Shown here piece after piece: positions 28,147-45,131 of a stretch of DNA of 64,000 nucleotides (positions are counted from its first letter, which is position 1; every line of letters begins with the position of its first letter). A program made the position numbers and the translations under genes. Under the pieces are notes generated by a model, which worked only from the letters and a program-made list of their open reading frames with translations, searched no databases and was not told the DNA's origin. The stretch is from Chrysomallon squamiferum (taxonomy: Eukaryota; Animalia; Mollusca), in contig CM022677.1 in NCBI GenBank assembly GCA_012295275.1, forward strand, positions 10,106,001 to 10,170,000, given 5' to 3'.

Positions 28147-30328
28147 GATTAAATACTAAAATATCCATCCATTATTCATTCAAACCTCCTTTAACTAATT
28201 CAAACGAAATCGAATAATAAACGAATAAAAGATCATAAAGCAAACAAAGATTAAAGGAATCTTTTAACTGTATTAAAACTATGACGATCATCGCCGCTGC
28301 TTTTTCAAAGTTTATTTTAAAAATGTATTTGCGTGACGGCCCGTGTCTGTGTCAGTAAAGATTATTAAAATTCACATTATTAATATTCCTTTCCGAGATA
28401 CCTGCCATACTAAATACCTGCATTCTTTTTACATCAACCGGAATTTAAATAGCAACACATTTTATTATTTGTAATATCCCAGTATCTGCATTCCAAAGTT
28501 TTCCTGGGGCAGCGTGTCTCCTAACAGATTCGTTCCTCAACACATCTAGTTCGCCACCCCAGTGTCACTTCGTTTTAGCGTCTTGTCGCTTTATTTATGT
28601 TTTATTACAATGTAAAATAAAACGGATAGATTACGTTACTCGATATCACTGTGGTAGAAATGTAATAACAAACTGAGCTGTTTTAATTTTTGTCCCTCAT
28701 TTTCTTACCACATTTTTATTTATTTATTTATTTATTTCTGTTAACTATCCCATTTTGCTATCATAGAACCGATAAGAATGAATGTCCTAAGTAAATAAAT
28801 TATCTGCCAAAAATTAGCAAATTAAATCTGTTTTATAGTTTATCATTTGTAGTTCTAAATAAATTTAATTTTGTCAAAAATATGTTATGTGTGGTTTTGT
28901 GATGTAAAATCGTGCACTACACACACACCCACAAAGACAGATACACATAAATACACATTCATATATATATATATATATATATATATAAAGATTACAAAGA
29001 ATATAGCTGAAATGGAAACAGTGTTATAATAACAAAAATATAGTTGTTGTTAAGCTATAATCAGTATAATCATCATCATCATCATTTATAGTACTAGTAA
29101 TAATGGCAGTGGCGGTAGTAGTGTTATTAAGATAGTGGAGGAAAATAATTATGAAAACAAAAATATTTAAAAGGAAAAAAGAAAAGGAACAAGATAAAGA
29201 AATGAAAAAAGAAATATATTTTATAAACGAATATATCAGCCATTTTAAAAGAATGTAAAATAAAATAAATGAATATTAGCAGCAGCAGCACCACAGCAGT
29301 AGTAGTAGCAGTGGTAGTAAAAACAGTGTTAGTAAAGTAATAGTTAGTAGTGGCAATAGTTATAATTGTATAGTTGTAATTGTAAGAATAGGAGACAGAG
29401 ATCAGTTTACTGCTGTTTGTAATGTTCGCGTAGTTGTAGTAATTTATTAGTTTTGTAACATTTTTCTAGTAGTTATTGTATAAATTTATAAAGTATGTAT
29501 GACAAAACTGAACATCTGACACTAGAAACGTGATCAGCTAGTTGACGGAAAAACACGAGATAAGCCGAGTGCACGCTTGAACGCCTTGTTATCACAATGA
29601 GGCGTTGAAATAAACAGAGATGACTGTGTGTTTTTAGATATCTTTCGTCTGTCACTTTTGTTATTAATCTTCTCTTGCGAATGTAATTACAAACAGACTT
29701 ATGTTAAAAAAAAGAGAGATAAAAAAAAAGAGTTAAAGAAGGGAGACAACCAGATTAACTTTCAAAGTCACGTTCGGTATAGAGCAGACGACGAAAAAGA
29801 AAAAAGAAAAAAAAGGGGGTTATGTAATGCAAACTGTTGAGAATGTAAACGTAACTCACTCGACCTTTCTGAGTTCATTCGCCTGAACATAATGTCTTTA
29901 ACACATCAATACGTTTATTAAAAAAAAAGGAACAATTAAAAAAAGGCGCTAACACTCGCAGCTTTTGCCAATTGTATGCACGTACACAAACATACATCAA
30001 CAAAAGGGTATTAACCTCAATGCAAAAAAAACAAAAAAACATACGCATACACGTGCAATGAAATGAATATTTAGCGGGAAAAGGAAAATTTACTGGAGCG
30101 TTGGAGAAACAGGATCTTCCCCTGTTTGAAATATTTCAGCTGAAACGAGTAGGTTACGTTTCGTGTATAAATTACGTCGTAAAGTTTTTCTCAATGACAC
30201 AGAAATTAAACCCTTAACAATTCGCGCTTTATAAATCTCCGTCAATGGTAAAGGAGGGCAATATATTCACTTGTGGGAAGTTTTTCTCTCTCACACACGT
30301 TACTATTACTATCACAAGGTACAATGCT

Positions 30329-30413
<85 letters not shown>

Positions 30414-30541
30414 GCACGTGTATGTGGTACATGTGTGTTAGGCAATAAAATGAACATGAGAAAAAAATGAAAACGTAAATCAGAGAAGTACAGATATTAT
30501 GAAGAAAAGTCTATCCTTCATTTTCAAGTGTTCTTTCACTG

Positions 30542-30618
<77 letters not shown>

Positions 30619-31529
30619 ATACCTCACTCTGTATATATCTAATCTATCTAATCTATATGTCTGTGAGTTTGTATCATCTAACCTTTTATCTTTCTGTCTA
30701 TCTATATCAACATCTACATCTGCATCTTGTGTTTGTGTCTTCTCCCTGTCCTTCTGTCTATCTCAATATCTCTCTATCTCTCACACGTATAACTTTACCT
30801 CAGGGATTAAAACCTGCAAAACGTCACTTGACTTCTGTGCCATGTGTAAAGAGGATACAGGAAAGAGAAACGTGATTTTCATTAACGCATTAGCATTGCA
30901 CGTGACACGTGCATTAATCTTGTTATTAAATATGACAAGTTTATTGACAATATTAAATAAAATTTGAATTTTTATTTCACACCTAGCGGTGACTCACGAC
31001 TTCATAAAGTCACACCAGCTCGCGAACGTGGAATACGTAAGTAGATAAACAATATGCAGTACTTTTAAATAAACAACATGCACCTACTATTTATCTTTAA
31101 TCGTATGTCTGATACGAAGATTATAAAAAGATTATTTCGACCAACACTCTATCTGATCTACCTCCCTTCATGTCCTCTGTTATACTTCTAAATTTTTTAT
31201 TTTTTTTGTTTTGTCCTCTAAGTTGGGTAGTTTTATTTGTCACGTTTGCGAGGTTATTCCGAGTTCAGTGCAGTTTAAAACACCTCCCTCGTAACTATTT
31301 ATTTTTGCTTATTTACTTTTTGGTGGGGTGTAAATGTCACCCATGTAAAAGTGGAGAGTTAAAGAGTTTAAATAGCTCCTGGGAAAAGGAAGAGTAAATA
31401 CAAATATAAGGAAGTCAGAAATGATTGAAAGAGATAGAAAAATACAGAAAAAAGAAATAGAGACTAACGATATATATACATAGATAGACACATGGTCTGG
31501 ATGTTTTTTTATATATATTATATCTCTCA

Positions 31530-31596
<67 letters not shown>

Positions 31597-31959
31597 AGAG
31601 AGAGAAAGAATGACAAAGAGAGAGAAAATATTAAATGTAGACAAAAATGGAAAATGAGAAACAAATATTCAGACAAAGAAAATGCTAAATATATCTACAG
31701 AGAATGAAAGAAATAAGAAATAAAAATACAAGGAGGACGAAGAAGACAGACATAATGAAATCACGTTTATGATGTGGTGTGTATATATAAATAGTGAGTT
31801 ATGTGTCGGTACTGAAAGTTTATCATGTTTGAAAATAACACTGAATGCCAGACCAACCATGCTGCTCGTCTTTAACTCGCTTCACAAGATAAATGTCAAA
31901 ATGAGTGCTTTATTGCTGCATGTGTTAATATTTATTTATGAGAATTATACAAATAGTTA

Positions 31960-32460
31960 GCTAGGTAGAGAGAAAGACAGGTGTATAGATAGAGAGATAG
32001 ACAGGTAGGTAGGTAGAGAGAAAGATAGTCGGCTAGATAGAGAGATAGTCAGGTAGGTTAGAGAGAAAGATAGACTGATGCTGAACGGATGATGGATAGA
32101 GGGATGGACTGATGGATGGAGATGATGGACGGATAGATTAAACAGACAGATAGACAGAAAGGGAGAAAAATGTAGGTAGGTAGATTATAAATATGTATGT
32201 ACATAGCTAGGTATTCACTTATGTATACGATGATAGGGAAACAGAGAGAGACAGACAAACTGAGGTAGGTGTGTAGTTATGTAGATACAGACATGCATAT
32301 ATAGTTTTACACACATATATGGAGAGATGGAGATAGATAGATAGAAAGACAGACAGACAGAGAGATAGATAGACAGATAGATAAATAGATAAGAAGACAG
32401 ACAGACATACAGATAGAGAGATAGATAGATACATGGATGGATGGATGGACGAAATGACAG
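31960..32460. repeat. Compound (AGAT/AGAC/GGAT)n simple-repeat tract
   Basis: Degenerate tetranucleotide repeats. Confidence 0.8.
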
Positions 32461-34332
32461 AGAAATAAAGAGGAGACAGAGTTGTAGGAAGGTAAATTAG
32501 ATTGGTAGGTTTGTGTTTAGATACAAAGATAGAGAACTAGAAAGAAAGACAAACAGCCATGCAGACAGAGAGAGAAAGTAGAGAGAGGCGTGTAGGCAGA
32601 TAGGTATGTACATAAGCAGACAGAGACAGAAACATACATGTATATAAATACAGATAGATAAAAAAAATGGCGAGTTTTAATGTGGTTATTTATTAGCGTC
32701 ATCAGTGGAACTGATATTAACTTTCTTTCCCTGGACCCACACACACACACACACACAATTAGACAGACTGACATTCATAGACAAAACCACACAAAGAGAT
32801 CTAAACAGACAGGCACACAATATGCAGACAGTAAAAGAGTAAATTAATTCGTTTATTTCCTGTTTTATTTATTTATATTCGATTCCATTCGAAATGATCG
32901 TAAAGCTTCGATACAATTTCATTTCCTGTTTTTTAAATTGAACATTCATTTGCAAAAAAAGATGTCAATCTATCGGACTAACCGTTAACTTTAATAAAAG
33001 GTAAAAGGAGAAAACGCCTCAAATTTAATTTAAGAAATTTGTATAAATCAACTTTTAATTGAATAATGAAGTTGTCACATATTCTTTTTAGTTTCCTGCT
33101 TATTATTAAACGTCAGTCTTTCTGTAATTACGTCTGTTGTGATCCAGTTGCAGTGAATATTTATATCGTCTTACTAATTTATTTTCTGAGCTGAATATTT
33201 CTTCATGAGCGGTATCTGATACACTTGACTGCTCTCCAAAGTTTTGTAGATAATTAAAATTTGCAAGGCCGACTTTGTGTGTGTCTGGGGGCGGGTTGCT
33301 TGGGCGCGCGTTAAATGTTGTAAATAATAATAACAATAAGAACAACAATAATAATAGCAGTAAGAACTAAGAATTTTTAACATGACTATAAAATGATATC
33401 AAATGAATAAATTATAACTATTACATTCTTTGCAAATTCCCAATGACCAGTGAAGCATTACATCCACATTGACAAAAAAATAATTAATACTAATAATAAT
33501 CACTGAAGTGTTACATCCTCGTTCGGAAAAAGAAACGCGATTATTTGCATTGAAATGTAACACGCCATCATTGTATTTTACTTGATTTTTCTACAAGAAA
33601 CGAGGAAGTAGCTGAGGTTCACGGCCACGAGAAGACAAATGTCCTATTTCTAATAATTTATTGATACAATCTTTATTTATCTCAAAGTGGAGTCCAGAAG
33701 TTCACTTTTCTTATGTTATTATTGATTTTTGTTTTCAGTAAGAGAAAACAGTTTTTATGATGAGTATGTGATGACCATGACTATAGAAACCGTTTTTCTT
33801 CTTTCCTAGTAATTACATAAAGTAATCCAGATAGTGTAATTTTATATGAAGAATTGTGCAGAGTGACCAAGAATTATCTTACCAGTTTCTTTCTAATATG
33901 AACATAAGCTGAAGCGCTGTTTCAGCAATATATGAAAGGTATTCACTTTTGTTTTCCTTTGCTTTTTCCTCTCTAAATATATTTAGTTTGGTAATTGTCT
34001 CGTATGTGTAAGTATCGAATCTGAGTAGGTTAAAACCGGCATCCTTCAAATTATATTTTTAGGCTGTTATAGTGAACACACACAGACCCACACACCCAAA
34101 CCCACGCATACACACACATAGGTATAAACACATACTGACAGATTCAGATATAAAAATATACATAGATACCTATACACACGCAGACAATATACATTATCTA
34201 TGTGTGTGTGTGTGTTTGTGTCTCTCTCTATCTCTCTGTACCTATATATGTACACACACACACAGGCACGCACACTAACACTAGAGCAAACATACACTCA
34301 TTATACGGAAATAGACACACAAACACACATGC

Positions 34333-34408
<76 letters not shown>

Positions 34409-34831
34409 CAAACAAAAGGACAGGAAAAGTAGAAAGAGAGAAGAGAACAAAGGTAGAAAATAAAAATATAAAGATTCCTGTAAATTCGGGGCTCACTAAA
34501 AGAAACAAATCAATGTTACTGACACTGAAGTCAAACTGATTCACCGTCTTTACTATTAATCATTTAGTCATGTGAAGTTTGTACGAGTTCACTAGTTGTA
34601 TGACGTCAAGTGTTATTTGTTATTCAAGTAGCTATTATCCCGCATTTCAAGTATGTAACCATAGTAATTGACGTCTTATATGAGGTCAACTCCTTTATTC
34701 AAACGCCATCTACGTTAAGACCTTTGCTAAATAGAAGGTCAAATAGAAAATAGTTCTATTTTGTTACGTGTATACATTATAATTAAATGGCTTACAAATA
34801 ATTTTAACCATTTGTGAATAGTAAAAGCAAA

Positions 34832-34905
<74 letters not shown>

Positions 34906-36276
34906 GTCTTTCTCTTTCTTTCTCAGTATTCTCAGAGTAAAAGCCGAAGAATTTTTTCAATATATCAAAGACATCTCATTTATTCGCATGGACGTCCTTG
35001 AACTTGGGTTCAGCAGTAGCTAACAACAATAGTATTTACGTATCTCACAAATTAACAATTAGTAGTAATTAGAGACGTGTTTTTCACAACACATCCATTA
35101 CGAGAGTCAGGTGTGTATTTGGTTCTTTTGTAATTTATAAAGATGTTTATGAAACTGCGCATTTGGTAAACATTTGGAAAAAAAGAAAAGAAAAAAAGGA
35201 AGTGATTGCTAGGGCTGAAATTAGAAATATATTTTATAACATGTTTTATAACTGACCAGGTAAAATTATGTTGTTGCTGATGCTATTTTTCAGCGCTTCT
35301 CTTGATGACTAATTTTAGCTGAATGCCACACTCACACATACACTACATATAGATTGCATATACAAACAAACAAACACGTATACGTACATTATACACATAC
35401 ACACACACTCATTTTCTGAAACAAGTCTCACTCTCTCAAATGTGTCTGCTTGTACTAGAGTTAAGTGCAGAAAATAATCATTTATTCTTACATTACAACA
35501 TAAATAAATACACACGCAACCACATACTAAGAGAAAAACATTTATCAGTCACACATATACACGCACACGCACACATGACGATCACAAACACACAAATACC
35601 AACAGGAAACCACACACATACACACAAACACATGAATACATAGGCAAATTCACATACATCAATACACACGCAAGAAAAAAGAAAAACATCTATCAATCAC
35701 ACACATATATCCACACGCACACAAAACAATCACAAACACAAATACCCAAAGACAACACACACGTACACACAAACACAATCACATACTTAAACACACACAC
35801 ACACACACACGCATGCACGCATGCACACTAACAAACTAACTGAAATTAGACTGCTACTCTCAGCATTTGACGACACCAGAGTCTGAATACAAAGCTAACA
35901 TTCGTTCAGGCTCTTCTCGTCCTCAACACGAGAGAAACAGATCAGTTGTTCTCAATAACATCAACAGCTAAACTTAACTAACGCAGTAATTATCTTTTAA
36001 ACAGATTTCACCAGATACGCTATTAGTACTTACGTAGTAAATGGACCAGATAAAATTATGTTGTTGCTGATACTATTATTCAGCGCTTCTCTTGGTGAGA
36101 TTTGTAATAATAATGTGATTATATTAATATGCAGGTTAATAGATACAGGTATATAAACATTTATACATGCAAACACAGACAGACAGACACACATAAGGAA
36201 ATCAAGATATGTAGATGGATGCGAAGGATTACAATAAATCAAACGAAGAAAAATGGGGGGGGAGAGAGAGAGAGAG

Positions 36277-36345
<69 letters not shown>

Positions 36346-36759
36346 CGTAGTAACAAAAAGACCACATAAAAATGATTGAACTTATTTCATTTCTTACAAG
36401 AGTTCAGTGGGCTTATTTTATTTTATTTCATTTACTTTTATTTACTTGTCGTTTTTTCCTCTTTTTTTTCCATTAAGTACATTTATCCAAATAAATGTAT
36501 AAAAACTGCTTTTCTGGAAACTTTAGTGTAAAACAGAAAAACGAGACATGTCCAATTTTTAACTGTGATTTAAGCCAAAGGTAAAGACATTGTGTCCGCG
36601 GACTGAGTCTAGCGACAAGCCTGCAGTGTCTGTAGGAACATGGCTGAACCTGGCGCAGTGGGTTTAAGAGTTAATAAAACTTGTAATCGTTTGTAACGAG
36701 AACTCAACCACTGTGAGCGATCTGATGTCGCCTGTTTATTTATAAGTAATGTGTGTGCG

Positions 36760-36825
<66 letters not shown>

Positions 36826-37512
36826 ATGCAGGGAAGGTTTATGTGAACTGTATTGTGTTTTTAATCTTTTTGGTACTCACACACACACACACACACACAC
36901 AGACATACATATTTACATACATAAACACACATATATCCATAAATATATTTACATAACGTTTGATTAATCAACGTTATGCCTGTGTATGTTTGTGCGTGCA
37001 CGCGTTGTTATTACCAGAATAAAAATCAGAAGAATAAATTCGCAGATAAATTCTGATTAAATCATAAATTGTTTCTACTTGCTCTGCTACTGATAAATAT
37101 ATTTGTAACGTAATCATTTTATTAGTTAATACTTAGAGCACGTGCGTCTATCGTTCTTCTCTGTTAATCTGGAAGCTATTTTTGATCGGCATTAATCTTC
37201 ATGCACTTATGAGTGCAAATATGAAGTGCAGTCTTGATTGTTTTATTTTATTTTGTTTAAGTATTATCGATATCAAGGCACTCTGTTTGTTGTCTGCTAA
37301 GTTATTGATTCACCTGTGCATGTTGGTTAATAATAATGTCATTGAAAAATCCTGACATGCCAAAACTTTAGCTAAAAGCAGTGAATTATCTTCTTAGATG
37401 ACAACTTTAATCTTAATGTGGACAAATTTAGCAACAGCAATAACATTAACAGTAGACTATTCTGTTTAATTTTCTTTTCTCTAATGCAGACAAACAGCTC
37501 GCGTTTTAAACA

Positions 37513-37529
37513 CAGCGCCACCTGCCGTG
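37513..37529 (-). promoter_or_regulatory. CTCF-like motif
   Basis: Minus strand CACGGCAGGTGGCGCTG is close to the CTCF core CCAGCAGGTGGCGCT; motif match only. Confidence 0.3.
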
Positions 37530-38804
37530 CAGTAACATATATCGTAACATCCATTAACTTGTTAAAATTGTTATTGAAATTAAAGTAGCTTTATGGCTGG
37601 TCTTACAATAATGTTATTGTTGATAGTTCTGTCGTCTGTTAATATTTTGCAAACAATTATAAGCTGTGGAGAGAAAATTTATCTGTAATTTTGACGTAGG
37701 ACAGTCATTTGAAAGACAGTATTTGATACAGTGAGTATGAATACACCGAGAATGTGTGAAACTGATTAGTTGAAATCATGTTTATTCATGTCATTTGACA
37801 ATCGTATGACGTCATCAAATACGTATTTTTATTATTCATGATTCGTCTTGCGATGCTATATTTTTATGAATAATAACAAAAATTAAATAAGCCGAATAAA
37901 ATGGACTATTTTATTCCACTTGTTTGACATCATCAGAACGAATTTGAAAACACTGTAATTTATCTATTTATTTGTAAATTTTACTAGTAACATTTATATT
38001 ATTTTATTTATGGTTTTAAACATATTTTTATTTTGTGTCAGTCACGTGACTTACTTGGGTCAGTTTTTAAAGTTACCGAGTTATTATTGCATATAATGTT
38101 ATTCCCCTTAATGAAAAAAAAAATAAATAAATAAATAAATAAATAAATAAAAATAAATAAATAAATAAACGGGCAAGTAAGAACAATGCAACCAAAGCAA
38201 CATTATTATTATTAGTAGTAGTAGTAGTAGTATTTATTTATTTATTTCTTTATTTATTTGTTTGTTTGTTTGTTTGTGTGTTTGTTTGTTTGTTTGTTTG
38301 TTTGTTTCTTTCTTTCTTTCTTTCTTTCTTTCTTTATTTATTTATTTATAATGTTTAAATTCTCATTTGAGAATAAATATAAAAATTGTTACTGAGTAGC
38401 TTGGAAATTTCTGTTCATTGATATTCATTAACCGCTCCTAAAGATAATGATAAAAATAAAAATAAACTGAATGTCTTTCCACAACGTTTGACCTCGACAT
38501 ATCAGATGAGAGCGCGTGATCAGCAGACGACAGTTAGTTCATGGCACGATAAAATAACACGTAGTTACAGGTGTTTTAATCACATAATTATCTTACATTA
38601 CTTTTCACACAGTTTTCTTATCTTGTTTTTGTTAGTTTCATTATTATAAGTGTTATTATTGTTGTTGTTGTTGTTATTATTATTATTATTACATCTTTGT
38701 TTATTTGTTTGTCTATTTATATACTTAATCTGCGTTTAAATATATGTGTGAGACACAAACAAGTAAGGATTTGCGAACATAAGGCATGTAAGCGCCAGGG
38801 AGAA

Positions 38805-38936
<132 letters not shown>

Positions 38937-39104
38937 AACCCACACGCGTTCACACAAACAAGAGAAGCGTCTTGTATTTTAACTGCCGTCTGTAAATCCT
39001 GGATTGACTGTATATGTTAAATCGGACAGTTATTGACTTACAACAATTCACACACATACACACACACAAACACACACGAACAAACAGTTGTACACACACA
39101 TACA

Positions 39105-39290
39105 CAGTGGCATATTTAGGGCCATGAAGCTAGAATAATTATGAGGGTCCTTTGCACCAGCAAACTAAGAGATTTGTTCCAACACACATAAATTTAGATC
39201 AATATTTTGATGCAGTGTCGCTCTGGGACCCCTCCTAGATTAGGGTCCTGAAACTTTAGCTTCATTCCCTACATAACAGACCCACCCCTG
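39105..39290. mobile_element. Degenerate hAT-like MITE in a (CA)n tract
   Basis: Begins CAGTGGC, ends ACCCCTG; subterminal inverted ATGAAGCTA/TAGCTTCAT; flanks CACATACA / CACACAGA (6/8). Confidence 0.45.
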
Positions 39291-40032
39291 CACACAGACA
39301 CACAAACGACTTTTGTTAACTTTATGCATCTATTGTGTACAAACAAATAAACTGCTGAACATGCGAAGTCATTGACCCCGTCCCAACATGTGACGTATCA
39401 TGAACTTGTGTCACATTTGTCAGACACTGCACTAACTGTGCAGTACTTTTATGAATGCATTTGAGGACATAGTTTTAACATGAATCAATGAATGACAGGG
39501 TCATTAAAAAACACTTCAATATTTTGGCTGTGAAAACAAATGGATTTGTTTGTTTGTTTGTTTATCTGCTATAGCTGTGGTTATAGAATAACAACAACGT
39601 TTTTAATCCATGACGCACACTTGTTAATGCGCAACAAAATAACTTATTTGTTTTACAAATGCAATAAAGCAGTGGATGGATTAGAGAAAATTTCTAATAG
39701 TCAACTAATCAGAGTTGATCCTGTGTTTTGTCAAACTTCTGACTAAGTGAAACATCGCTTTTCTATCACTGGCTCAAAATAATTTTTAAAAATGTTACAT
39801 ACCTGAAGTAAAATGTTATTATTAACGCAGTTTATTTCAAACATTTTTCATTTTGTTATATTTATCACTGTTTGGCCGATTAGTTTTTCGTGCTGGGGTG
39901 CTCTTAAACATTAATACATTTCTTCTTTCAAGCTTTTTCATTTTGTTTTTTTCTGTTGAACATACTCTTTAAGCAAGAAGCTGGATTAAAGATGTTTAAA
40001 TTTCGCGCCAGTAAACCACTCAAATAATTATT

Positions 40033-40113
<81 letters not shown>

Positions 40114-41442
40114 AAAACACACACACGCACACACACAGACAAACTTATTTATAAAATTAATTCTGTACCTACTACTACCGCTGCAGGTAGTAAAACATTT
40201 ACAAAAAGAATTCTGCTTTTGATAACTTTAACTAAAAGAAACCGTTTCAAGGACAGATAATAAAAATAACTTTTGTTCATTTGCAGACATGGTTTTCTTT
40301 TTTCTTTCCTGTTTTCTTTTCATATTTTTTTTTCTTTTTCTTTTTCTTTTTTAATTTTTTATTTTAACTTTCGATTATTCTGCTGCCAAAGTGACGGACT
40401 GTTTTCATTGCTCTAGTTTGGCGCCTGTTTAAACAGCAATGTTTACCATCGGCGACGTCTGCTCACACTGCTCATAATTATTTATTATTAGTTATTATTA
40501 TAAAAAACATCGATAACTACAAAGACAATTTAAAAAAACATGTATTTAAAAAAAATAAAAATAATAATAAAATAAAAAACAGTGTTCAGTAACTTATTCG
40601 TTATCGTGAAAGTTTCCGAAACTTGCCGAAATTTGCCGAGGTTATAACTGTGCAGCTGGTGCACGTAATTCGGGGTTATGTAACAGATCTGCCGTTCTCG
40701 TTATTTCGTCCTGACCTGACCTCTCGAGTGATGCAAATGACAAAATTGGACGGTGCGAACGTGACTTATTATTGGTGCAGAATTTCACGGTCAAGCCAAT
40801 GGGGTTTGTGTGTCAAATTGTATAATAACCGTCAGGCGGAAAGTTACACTCGCGCGCTCGTCACTGACAAACGGTGAACACGACGCCATGTTGCCTACCA
40901 TGGCAGCCAGCGGCTTGTTTGTGGATGGCATGTTCAGCCTGCAGACATTTTGCATGTTGGGAAACTGTTTTAGGCGTACTATCATGCGAATGGAAAAAAA
41001 AAAAAAAAACACAAACAAAACAAACAAACCCCAAACCGCAAACTTTTTACACAATTCGCAGATATAAATGTAATCAAACTGCACAAAAAAATTACAGCTA
41101 AAAGATTGTGAATGGAAGATATATGAAATGGAAAAAAAAAATTGGAAAAATACCTGACATGTTTGTGATTAGAGTTTAAAAAAATAAATCAAATAAAATA
41201 AAAAATATCTTGCAATAAATGTATCAAGGTCGGCTGCTTTATTTACAAACACGTTAACAGATAACTTTTTATTGCTTCACCAACGAAGCGTAAACAATTC
41301 TTTTTTTTTTTTTTTTTTTTTAAATAGGTTAAGTGGAGTTGGGTTTTGTTAACAGGATATGGAGACGTTTTAACAGTAAGTGGTAAAGATTTCAGAATAA
41401 AAAATTAATAAAAACTTGATAGAAAACCTAAACAAGATAAGA

Positions 41443-41481
<39 letters not shown>

Positions 41482-42768
41482 CTATTATTTAATTTATGCA
41501 TATATAAATATTCTGTTAATTCATATAATTTTTATTTGTGTGTGTGTGTGTATGCAAAATTCATCACTAAACGTTAGATTATAAATATATTGTTTTATAT
41601 AATGGAGAAATGACAGAAATCCCCTGCTGTTACTTCTAGGATATTCTTTTTGTTAAACAACGGGGGTTCGTTATAATCATCGAGAGAGAAGAAAATACCA
41701 CTAATAAAGATACCATTAATATGTGACTATTATACATATATATTTGAGAGAGAATATGTAAATTTAACGTTATGCGCGCGCTCTGAATCCCTTTCCACAG
41801 ATATCTATATGCGAACTTTTTTTTCCCTTAACAACATAATTAATTTATGTGTTTTTATTACCAAAATATTGTTTACAACGTAGGGAAAGTTGACCAAAAT
41901 TAAATCAGCAACATCATTGACATTTAATGTCACATTACAACAAAATTATTATAATTTTAAATATATATAAATAAAATCTGCACAAATGGCGGTAAAGATT
42001 GTTTAACGTGCAAAACGTGATTTTCTGTCATCTAAAGTACACAATTATCCCCCCAGACAACGATACTAGCGGGGGGGGGCAGACCGTTGCCACCCCTCTT
42101 GATCTATCGCTGAAACGGGCCTTTTAGCAATGACGTGACTGTTACGTTAGCGAACTCTTGCACCTAAGGTCTAAAAATAGCACTAGGTCACAGCCGGCCC
42201 TGCAATGAAGTGGCTTTGAGCCAGTTACGATCAGGTCACGCCCACAGCCTCGCTTTCGACTAACAACAATCACTCGTGTGCCAAATAATGCGGAAGATAC
42301 GAATGTATTCCCTGAAATTTACCTGAGTAAATATTTGTGTGAGATCAATTATAATTCATACACGAGTCTCTTACTCTCCTAGTTGCTAACAGGGGACGTA
42401 ATTTGTACGTATAGAGAAGTGGTCGTACACAGACGGCAGAACAAAGATTAAAATTGATTAAAAATGCTGTTTTTATTTTATTTATTGCTGTTGTGGTTGT
42501 TGTTACATGAATAGTTATTAGTATTATTACAGTAACTTTTATTGTTTGTTTTTGTTTCTATGTGTGCCATTATTGTTAATAGAAATAATAATAATTAGTA
42601 CTGGTGGTAGTAGTCGTGGTGGTAGCAGTGGTAGCGGCATTACTTTAGGTGACATTTTCCTAATTACAGCAATATCATTATATAATGTAACTAGTTATGT
42701 TTATATTTTTTCAACTGTCTCGTTACATAGCTTTCCTTGTTTTTGATAAATCAGTGTATTGTGTCTTC

Positions 42769-42858
<90 letters not shown>

Positions 42859-43477
42859 ACACACAGAGAGAGAGAGGGGGGTGTAATTATCTGAAACATG
42901 TATTAAAAAAAAAAATTAATTTAATTATATCGAACTTGTCAAAGTAAAACCCGCCCCCACTTAATCCTCCTTGACCTGATCATCCCTCGTCCTCTACGCG
43001 CATGCTTAAAACAGTCTTGCTCGAATTGTAACAACTAGATCAAGATGGTTCACGTCTGCAGACCAATGCGGTTCAGTAGGTCAGTGTTATAGCAACCAGT
43101 GTAGCTGTCCTTGACGTAGCCTCGGGGATCGAAATGAACACACGTTTAATTTTAATATCTTGTTACTGGGAGCTCGAGTTAATAAACACGACACTAATCT
43201 AATAATGATCACTGAAACAATAAAACAAATGGTTCACTGAAAAGTATCGACCTCAAATCTTTGTAATAATAATATCTCTCCCAGACACAATTTCCTTCAA
43301 TAAAGACTTAGTAACTGAAGGAGAAAATCAATAAAATTCATCAGTATGTTTTTAAATGAAATAGCTAGATAGACAGATAAAGAGATAGATCAAACACTTC
43401 TGTACTTTTCAAATACTTAGGTGCACAGCTGTTGTGTACCTATATTAATATGTCTAACATTTATATACAGTAATGTA

Positions 43478-43541
<64 letters not shown>

Positions 43542-44249
43542 TAAGAATTTGGACAAAAAGGTACAAAAAATACATAAGAAAATCTAATTATAGTGTAGCA
43601 CGAAAATGGAATGTTTCTTTTTATACGCCCCCTTAAATAAACTGAAACTGGGTGAAAAAAAAAGAAGAAATATTGTGTTACAGCTTGGCCTGCTACCATT
43701 GGAGGAATTCGGACACGTCAAGGTCAAACTGCAATCTGCAGATTTACCTTACAGAGCGGATCTGGAGGGGGGAGCATGCACAAGTTTCTTTCTTCGTGAC
43801 CGAATTTTTCTTTTTCTTTATCAAACTTTTAAATTATCTTTTCAAAGTGACTGCCCCACCATTTGAAATACTGAAGGATTTGAGTATGTGTCTGTGTGTG
43901 TGTGTGTATGAGTGTGGGTCTGGTGTTTGTGTGTGTGTGTGTGTGAGTGTCGATGATGCAATATAGCTAGATAATAATATTTTAAAGAAAAAACTAATTT
44001 TGTTTAATTATTAGACCTCTAAAACAGATACGCACAAATAAAATATTAATTCTTTAAAAGAAACTGTATTATGCCAAAGGTTGTTCGTCATGGTTACGGG
44101 CTTGTTCAGATACGTAATTTGGCGTCACTTCTTAGTTCCCCGTCCGACACGGTAACCCAGTAAGAATCTAGGTCAACCAGTACAGGGCCGTGTTACTACT
44201 AAATATATCACACCTAATAACGACATAATTATTTTAATTTTGGCAATAA

Positions 44250-44336
<87 letters not shown>

Positions 44337-45040
44337 GAAACAGACAAATAATAAATAATGGCGGATTTTTAGAAACAAGGTTATAAGAATAATTAGTTTT
44401 TTCTCTTAATTTTTCTTTTTCTTTATCTTTCTGTCTCTTATATTTATTTCTCACTCTTTATTTTATTTCTTTATTTCTCTCTAACTTTGTGTTAGTATAT
44501 AAGTTATTTCTCAGGTAATTCGTGATTCTCGCTCTCTTTCTATATTTTGTTATTTCTCTGTTTTTCTTTTGACTCTCTGTCACATTTCTCACTCTAAAAA
44601 TGCTTTCTCATGAGGGGATCGTAAATTCGCCCGCTCAAACGAGACTTATGACAGTATTTTGATGTTAACACCTAGAATTAAAACTAAATAAATTTCTGTT
44701 CTTACGTCAAAGTATGTGAAAAAAATGACGTAAAATGACTATGCATTTCTGTAACATGAAATCATCAATATTCTAGAACACGGAAACGTTTGAGTTTCTT
44801 GGTAACCGCCGGTAGGTAATGACTTGTTTGCACGAGGCACTTCACATTTCTCAGCAGTTTTTTTTTACAGACGTACTCAGAAACTAGGTGAGCGGAGTGA
44901 AAGAAAAAGAAAGGAAGAAATGAGTTAGAAAAAAATAAATATACAACGAGTGCATTTCCTGACACCATCATCAACAACAACAACAACACAACAACAAAAC
45001 AACAAATAATAATACAAAATAAATTAAAATTAGAAAGCAA

Positions 45041-45131
<91 letters not shown>

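Noticed and set aside
40623-41101. Overlapping ORFs in a GC-richer island
   Set aside because: No recognisable domain or consistent splice structure; treated as a possible regulatory island
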